64,000 bases of DNA from Proteromonas lacertae (Eukaryota), in NCBI GenBank assembly GCA_002245135.1, contig NGBS01000876.1, forward strand, positions 62,001 to 126,000, given 5' to 3'. A model generated the notes under the pieces. That model ran no database searches. It was not told the origin of the DNA and was given only the letters and a program-made list of their open reading frames with translations. The position numbers and the translations under genes were made by a program. This document shows, in pieces, positions 55,920-64,000 of the stretch; within the stretch, counting starts at the first letter, position 1; each line of letters opens with the position of its first letter.

Positions 55920-57576
55920 ATGTCCAATACTGCTGTATACAATACCATCTAATAATTTAGGTGCTTGATTGTGGAAATGATGAAATAAATAATAGTTATA
56001 ACCATTTAGTGTTTAATTCAATAAAAAGGAGCAGAGATATGTTTAAACTGAATAATGAGAAAGATGTAAGTGATGATTATGATAGGTATATATTATTTAG
56101 TGTATATATTGAGTTAGTCAGAAAAGAAAAATCTCTATGTTGCTTGAGAGTGAATATGGAAATGTCCGATCGAGTCGAGTTCGACCAATGCTAATTAATG
56201 AAGATGATAAAGTGATAGTAGAAGAAGTAAGTGAAGAAGAAGCTAATGGTATAAATGTTTCAAATATTAATTCCTATCCTTCTGAAGAGGGTGTGGAATT
56301 AAACGAAGAAAATGCAAAAGAAGTGATTAGTTTATCTGAAAATGCAATAGAAAAATCAATAAATGAGATAGTTCAAAAAAATAAAACAAAGAAATCTTCC
56401 AACAGATATGAGAATAATAGTTACAGTATGATTGAATATAAAGAAAAAGGAAATAATAATTACAATAACACATTATCATTAGTTCGATATAAGAAGAAGG
56501 TAATACAACCGAAATGGCATGCTCCTTGGAAATTAATGAGAGTAATATCAGGTCATTTAGGATGGGTAAGATGTATAGCAATAGATCATACAAATGAATG
56601 GTTTGCAACTGGAGGAAATGATAGAACAATCAAAGTATATATTATTATTATTATTATTATATAGATATGGGATACAGCTTCTGGTACATTAAAATTAACA
56701 TTAACAGGTCATATAAATGCAATAAGAGGTTTAGCAATAAGTGATAGACATCCTTATATGTTTTCATGTGGTGAAGATAAAATGGTGAAATGTTGGGATT
56801 TAGAAAGAAACAGTGCAATGCGTAGTTATCATGGTCATTTATTAGGTGTTTATTCAATAGCAATTCATCCAACTTTAGATATAATAATCACTGGAGGAAG
56901 AGATGCATCTGCTAGAGTTTGGGATATGAGAAGCAAGAATCAAATATTTGAATTGCTTGGACATAGTGATTCTATATTCAGTGTAATTGCTCAAGCTGGC
57001 GAGCCTCAGATAATAACAGGTAGTGCTGATTGTACGATGAGATTGTGGGATTTGAGAACTGGTAAAAAAATTGAAGAATTAACTCATCATAAAAAAGGTA
57101 TTAGATCAATGGCATTTCATCCAACGTATAATATTTATATTAAATTGATATATATATATATATATATATATAGTGAATATACATGGGTAAGTGGTGCAGC
57201 TGATAATTGCAAGAAATGGCTATGTCCTGATGGTGATTTTATGATGAATTTTAGTGGTCATAATACAGTAATAAATGGTGTTTGTGTCAATGAAGGAGGT
57301 GTGCTTGTCAGTGCTGCTGATAATGGATCAATTAACTTCTGGGATTGGGAAAGTGGCTATTGTTTTCAAAAATCTAAGACAATTCCTCAACCTGGTTCAA
57401 TGGCTAGTGAGTCTGGAATATTCGCTTGTAGTTATGATAGGACTGGAAGTAGATTATTCACTTGTGAAGCTGATAAGACTATTAAAGAGTGGAAAGAAGA
57501 TGAAAATGAGACGCCTGAGAGTTATCCAATTGATATGAAGTCATGGGAAGAGTTCTGTAGAAGACCAAGACAGTAA
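55920..57576 (+). CDS. PLRG1: Pleiotropic regulator 1 / Prp46
   Basis: [60 protein letters not shown]. Confidence 0.95.
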
Positions 57577-57767
57577 AATCTTTGAATTTGTTTATTATTT
57601 TATTTTTGTTTGTATTGGAATGACTATCGTAATAAACTAAATAGTTTATAAAATTGCAATTATTTATGCAGAATGATCAAGTAATATGAAGAAATGCGGA
57701 AATGGGTTATCGAAATTTTTAATCTCAAAATTTTCGTTCATATACGTTGATTTTATTTTGATTTAAA

Positions 57768-59900
57768 ATGTCAGATGCAGAAGTCTCAGACCTTCCTCCT
57801 CCAATAGACGAAACTGTTCATATGGATTTACCTTTGGTTGACCAGCCTACAGAGCAAAACTCAGAAGCTAATAATGATAATACAGTAGCTGAAGGTGATA
57901 ATAAGAAGAATAAAAAGAAAAACACCATCAGTGACAGGCTTTATGAAGAAAAGAAGAAACAGGAGGTATACCGTTATTTTTTATATTAATAGGAGAGACT
58001 GAAGTTTAAAGAAGCTAAACTACTAAGACAACAGTGTACGTTTAAGCCAAAAATTATTCAAAACCCCTAAAAACGTTAAAATAAAGGCCAAGACCTCATA
58101 ACACCAATTTAGCCTTGTATTCTACAAATAATTAATGTTTAATTAAATAGATATGAGCAATCTAAAACACCACATAAGGTAGAAGGACCAAACTACTCAT
58201 TTAAACCACAAATAACAAATTACGTTCCACCAAAGACACCACAGGGAGTGAAACCAGAAAATACTGAAGATAAATTGCAAGCTGAGCAAAAAGGAAAGAA
58301 AAAGAAGATATTTACTAGATTATACAATTTATCAAAGGAAGAATCAGTCAAAAAAGAGAAATTAACAAAAGAAATAATGAGTGAAGAGAATAAAGAACTT
58401 AAATTCAAACCTACAATAAATACGTATATATATATAGTTAATTGTTATATTATTTTAATAGTTATAAAGGAGATAAGAATCATTCAATGAATTCAACACA
58501 AAATATGGACTGATCCAGCATATGATCGATTATACCAAGGAGCTTTAGAGAAGAAGAAGAAAGAGGAGGAAATGAAGAAAATGTATGAACAAAAACCTCC
58601 AGCCAAAAGATTAGCTCATAAACAACAAGTAACATCAGTAAATAGATTATATGGAGAAAGTAAAGCTGTATATTTAAATAATTAATTTGAAATAGAGACA
58701 AGCCAAGCTTGAGAAAATAAAAAATCAAAAAGAACAGATGGAGTTAGGTGAATGTACATTTTCTCCAAGAATAACAAAGAAGTCAGAGAAACTAGGCAGA
58801 TTCATCAGCTACAGCAAAAGTTGATGTTTGGAATAGATTATTAATTCCAGATAAAGTGAAATATCGAGAGAGTAGTGAAATAAGTAGTGAATATACATTT
58901 AAACCGCATATTAATCCAAAGTCAAAGAATATAAAAGTAAATATAACAGAATTATATCAAAAAGGAAAAGCAGATTTAAAAGAGAGAAAGAAAGTTGAAA
59001 GAAATGATCCAAATTTTATGATTAGATCAGATCCTGAATGTACATTCAAGCCTGATTTGAAGATTGCAATAACTGAAAAGAAAGCGATTGCTATTAAAAG
59101 AATCACCCAAAACTGATATACCAAAATCAAAGAAATTTGATTATAATAATAGTAATAATGAAGCAACTACAAAAACAGAAACTCCAAGTAAAAGTAAAGG
59201 AGGATTTAAACTTGGTGGTGCAAATAGAGTTAATAGAACTCAGAGTCAAAGTATACAATCAATGCAAGCAAGTTATAGGAAGAATCTTGATGAAAAGCTT
59301 GATAATGATAATATGAATAATAGTAAAAGAAGACATAGTTTTGATGCAGTAGAAGAAGAAGCTGAAGGTATATATGATGATCAAGCTGAAGGTGGTGGTG
59401 TAGTAGAACAGCAAGAACAACAAGAGGGAGTTGAAGGAGAAGAGGTACAATATTATGATGAAGAAGGAGGTGTGGTAGAAGGTGAAGAATATATGGTAGG
59501 TGATGAGAATGGATATTATGGTGAAGATGGTCAATATTATGAATATACTACAGCTGAAGGTGAAGGTGAAGAAGGTGGTGAAGTTTATCAGAATGGATAC
59601 TTTGATGAGAATGGTGAATGGGTGGAATATGATGGAACTGAAGAACAACAACAACAAGAACAAGGAGAAGGAGGAGAAAATGGTGAAGAATATGCTGAAG
59701 GTGAGTATGTAGAAGGAGATGAAAATGGTGAAGAATATGTTGAAGGAGGTGAATATGTAGAAGGAGATGAGAATGGTGAATATATCGCATATGAAGGAGG
59801 TGAACAAGGTCAAGAAGGTGAAGGTGAATATGTGGAAGGAGGTGAATATGCTGAAGGTGGAGAATATACAGAAGCAACTGTGGAAGAAACAAATGAGTGA
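57768..59900 (+). CDS. Hypothetical protein with (C/Y)TFKP repeats and an acidic G/E/Y-rich tail (about 5 apparent single-base insertions)
   Basis: Repeated CTFKPK/YSFKPQI/LKFKPTI/YTFKPHI and RLY motifs. The frame is restored by removing one base at about 58050, 58087, 58508, 58796 and 59099. Confidence 0.6.
59680..59880 (+). repeat. Coding minisatellite encoding EY(V/A)EG(G/D) units
   Basis: gaatatgtagaaggagatgagaatggtgaa-like units repeated imperfectly. Confidence 0.7.
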
Positions 59901-60162
59901 TTAGTATGATGTTTTTATCTATAACATATTGTAGGTTTTTTTCATTGTTTGTGAGTTAAAATATATTCTAATGAAAAACTCTACTGTAAATTGTTGAATT
60001 CTCTAATATACTCTAATCTTATGCCTTTTTAACAATAGCGAAAATATATAACGTTCGTATTAGTAAATATAACATCAAAGTTGTATGTGATAAAGTGTTT
60101 TTGTTAAAAATCCAATCACTCAAACCTCAAACTTTTGTTTTTAATTATTTTATTTAATATTT

Positions 60163-62694
60163 ATGGGTCAAAACGAGGCAAAAGAAATTCGTAATTATTT
60201 TATAAAAGGTAAAGATGAAGAGATTACGAAAATGTTACAAAAACCAAATTTTCTTACTTCAGGTGTATTAACAAGTCCTTTATCGAAGAAGCATGATGGA
60301 AATTTAGCAATTCATTTTGCTGCGTTATGTGGTCTCGATGATATACTTAGAGCATGTCTTAATCATACCGATGAACTTAATTTATTAGATAAGAATAATA
60401 ATAATCAAACAGTTCTTCATTGTGTATGTATGAAATGTACTCATAAGTTGCACATGGAAGAAAGTAGAAGTGCCACCTGCTTACAATATTTACTTAATTA
60501 CAAAGAGCAGATCTATAAAACTATTATAAATGAAAAAGATATTTTTGGTATGACTGCTTTACATTACGCAGCTCAATCAAATTGGTTAAGTTTATGTAAA
60601 TTATTAATAAAATCTGGATGTGAGATTGATGTAGTATAATTCTATATAATTTTATAATGTGCATTTCAATAGAAATCAGTAGAAGGTTTAACTCCATACA
60701 GTTTTGCCTTAAAATCCAACAATCAAAAATTAATTCTATATCTCGAAAGTAAATTAGTATCAAAAGATCACTACATAGATGAAGAAGATAAAAAGATCCT
60801 TAATGAGAATGATATCAAAATAGAATCCGTTGGAAAAGATGAATTACTTAATGAACGAAATGAGGCTATTAAAGAGCTGATGGATGCTTTAGGTTTAGAT
60901 GAATCAACAGCAATATTAGTCTTAGAAGAACATAACTACAATATTCCAGAGATTCTAACTCAATTTGCAGATTCAACATTAAAACTTCCAGAAGCACCAG
61001 AAGAGTCGTTTCAATATTTAAATGATAAAGAAACATGTAAAATATGTTTCTCTGAAGTAGAAGCTGATAAAATTGTAGTTTTAAGTTGTGGACATTATTT
61101 TTGTGAAGAATGTTGGAATGGTTATTTAATCTCTCAAATTAACGATGGTCAAATTAAAATAAAGTGTATGGAGGATAAATGCAATAATATTATACCAAAG
61201 GATATAATAGAAAGGACTAGTATCAGCTGAATTATATAAGAAATACGATAATTTTTGTATTAACAATTATATCGAATCAACAAAAGATATGTTCTTTTGT
61301 CCATTTCCTGATTGTAATGCTATAGTAAAAATTAATAAAAATAATAATTATAATAATATCTATTCTCCTTCTCATAATAATAATAATAATAATAATAATG
61401 AAGTTCCATTTATAGAATATGATTTAGAATGTTCTAATAAACATCGTTTCTGTGGTAAGTGTAATAAAAATCCACATATCCCTTGTAGTTGTGAACAATG
61501 GAATGATTGGAAAATAAAAACTTTACAGAATATTCCAACTGAAATCATCAATAACAATAAAGAACTACTTTCTAATCCAGATGAAGCAATTAATCAATTA
61601 TGGATAAATGAAAATACAAAACTTTGTCCAAAATGTCATACACCTATTGAAAAGAATGAAGGTTGTAACCATATGACGTGTAAACACTGTAAACATGAAT
61701 TCTGTTGGTTATGTTTAGAGAAATGGAGTATACATGGTAGTGATACTGGTGGATATTATAAATGTAATAGATATGAAGTATTCTATTATTATTATTATTA
61801 TTAAATAGCAACAAAATGCAGCAAATAATGAAATAGATGAAAAGAAAAAGAAAATTAGATTAACTTATTATTTAGGTAGATTTCAAAACCATCAAAAGTC
61901 ACTACAACAGGAGAGAGAATTCTTAAATAAAGACATACAAAAACATATTGATAGAATAGAAAGTGTTTCTCATAAAGTATATATATATATATATATTATT
62001 ATTAATTGTTTTATTATTTGAATAGAAAATCGATGTTTCTGTAATAAAAGAATCTTTGCAAGAACTTATTAAAACTCGTGAAATATTACGAAATTCATTC
62101 GTTTATGAGTTTTACAATGATGAAATTAAAGAAAAGAAATTAATATTTGAAGAATATTTGGAAAGTTTACAATCAATTACTGAACAGTTAAGTGATGCAA
62201 TTGCGCGTGATCATTGGAGCGTTCCTATCAGTACAATGGTGGAATTAGCTGCCAAAGCAAAAAGAAAACGAATAGATTTTTTACAAACAATCAAAAATGG
62301 AATTTTACCTGATTATATTATTGAAGAAATGAGAAATAATGAAAATGGTAGAAACCGTAATGGTGATGAAATGTTGATGCGTCATCATCATCGTCATCAT
62401 CATCATAATAGAAATCAGTTACACCCTGAACGAAGAGGTGCTATTATACTACCAGATAATACTGATAATAATAACAATACAACCAATACTACTGTAGCAA
62501 CTGCTAATAATAATAATAATAATAATGTTGCTGAGAGTGATAATGATGATGATGATGGTGATGGTGATAATAGTGATAATAGTATTCTTTCACATGCTAA
62601 TATAGATTCAAATTTTATTGTAGGTATGCTCAGGCTTAGAGAAGATATATCACCACGCATAACAGCTATTCAAGAACCACCACCTCCTTCGTAA
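60163..62694 (+). CDS. ANKIB1: Ankyrin + RBR (RING1-IBR-RING2, Ariadne) E3 ligase
   Basis: MG start; ankyrin motifs (TALHYAA); CKIC..CGHYFC..CW; CPFPDC; CPKC..PIEKNEGCNHMTC..C.HEFCWLC...TGGYYKCNRYE. Confidence 0.8.
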
Positions 62695-62881
62695 TAAAGG
62701 TTATAGTGTATTAATTTACTTGATTTAAGTTAAATATACTATTTATTTATGTTTACGTATGTGTAAATGATGTAATGAAAACAATATTAATTATCAAATA
62801 TTGGTTGATGCAATTTTATTCACTTTTCTAAAAAAACTTGGCTTGATATTTGTTCTTCAAATTATTTTTTTGCTTTTATTA

Positions 62882-64000
62882 ATGGACGAAAAGATCATTT
62901 TAGTATATACATTAAGAATTGTGTATCTCTGTATATTTTTTAATTTATATAGTGATGTTGCTATTGCAATTTTTGTTCTTTTAGCTGCATTATACTACAT
63001 AATGAGATATTTGTATCAAAATAAGGTGAAAAAGAATAAAAATGATGTATTATAATTCAAAATATAATATAGAATTCATTGGTGCTAGGGTTTTTTCATC
63101 CTTACTGTAATTCAGGAGGAGGTGGTGAAAGAGTGTTGTGGTGTGCAATTAAAGCTATTGATGAAATGAGTGCTGATTTAAAAAGAACATTTTCTATCAT
63201 TATTTACACTGGAGATGCTGATGATAAAGAAAAAATCATCCAAAAAGTAAAAAATGTATTTGGAATAGAATTTAGTAAGAATTTAAAAATCGATTTTATC
63301 AAATTAACTAAACGTCGTCTAATAGAAGACAAAAACTACCCTCATTTCACCATTTTAGGTCAATCAGTAGGTTCAATGTTTTTAGCATTAGAAGGAATAG
63401 GACAAATAACACCAGACATATTTATAGACACTACAGGATTAGCATATACCTACCCAATAGCGAAATATATTGGAGATTGTAAAGTAATCAGTTATACTCA
63501 TTATCCAACAATAACAGATAATATGGTAGGATTAGTAAAAGAACAAAAGGTGAATTATAATAACAATCCAATAATAGCCAATAGTCCAGCATTAACAAGA
63601 ATGAAATTAATATATTATAAATTATTTTCATATATTTATAAGATATGTGGAAGATGTAGTGATTTGACATTTGTGAATGGAAGTTGGACTGAAGGACATA
63701 TAAAGAAATTATGGAATTTACCTCCTAATAGTATATTATATTATATTATATTATTTATAAATAGAATTAATAAAATTATATCCACCTTGTGATTGTAGTG
63801 AATATGGAAAATTATCACTTAATAATAAGCGAAAGAATTGGATTTTATCAATAGGTCAATTTAGACCTGAAAAGAATTATCCACTCCAATTGGAAGCTTT
63901 TCGTTTACTATTAGATAAATGTAAAGAAAATAAAAATGAAGAAAAATACAATGATTTGATGTTAATATTAGTAGGAGGAACAAGAAATGAAGATGATGTA
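62882..64000 (+). CDS. ALG11: GDP-Man alpha-1,2-mannosyltransferase ALG11 (partial, runs off the right edge)
   Basis: GFFHPYCNSGGGGERVLW, FTILGQS.GS, PDIFIDTTG, YTHYPTI, NGSWT..H, SIGQFRPEKN. Confidence 0.95.

Noticed and set aside
58040..59100. Five +1 frameshifts in one gene, suggesting programmed frameshifting or RNA editing
   Set aside because: Each is a duplicated base in a short homopolymer with no shared context and they cluster locally (similar cases at 9160-9545 and about 45140). This is typical of long-read insertion error.

Overview
Gene-dense, very AT-rich (by eye about 25% GC) eukaryotic nuclear DNA using the standard genetic code. Introns are tiny GT-AG introns (mostly about 25-45 nt, donor usually GTAT) and intergenic gaps are often under 100 bp. 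This organisation suggests a compact protist genome; a Blastocystis/Proteromonas-type stramenopile is a low-confidence guess. About 35 spliced genes can be reconstructed. Housekeeping genes include RBM28/NOP4, PNUTS-like, HTATSF1, V-ATPase Ac45-like, WDR5-like, IRE/Greatwall-like kinase, MED21, PLRG1, ANKIB1 and ALG11. Highlights: (1) a ~1350-aa Crinkler/RHS-type gene with two tandem P-loop NTPase + REase-like modules, lying between ~200-bp diverged direct repeats that copy the promoter and 5' end of the neighbouring membrane-protein family; (2) a fusion of a degenerate MTA/MTI phosphorylase with an intact MTA/SAH deaminase; (3) a class C GPCR-like receptor (Venus flytrap + 7TM) largely missed by the ORF track; (4) recurrent promoter words TCAAGC and TCGTT in very short bidirectional promoters; (5) an unusually long, hairpin-containing intron in the PNUTS-like gene. 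Several single-base homopolymer insertions look like assembly errors. Gene models and family calls were made by eye from motifs; no database searches were run.
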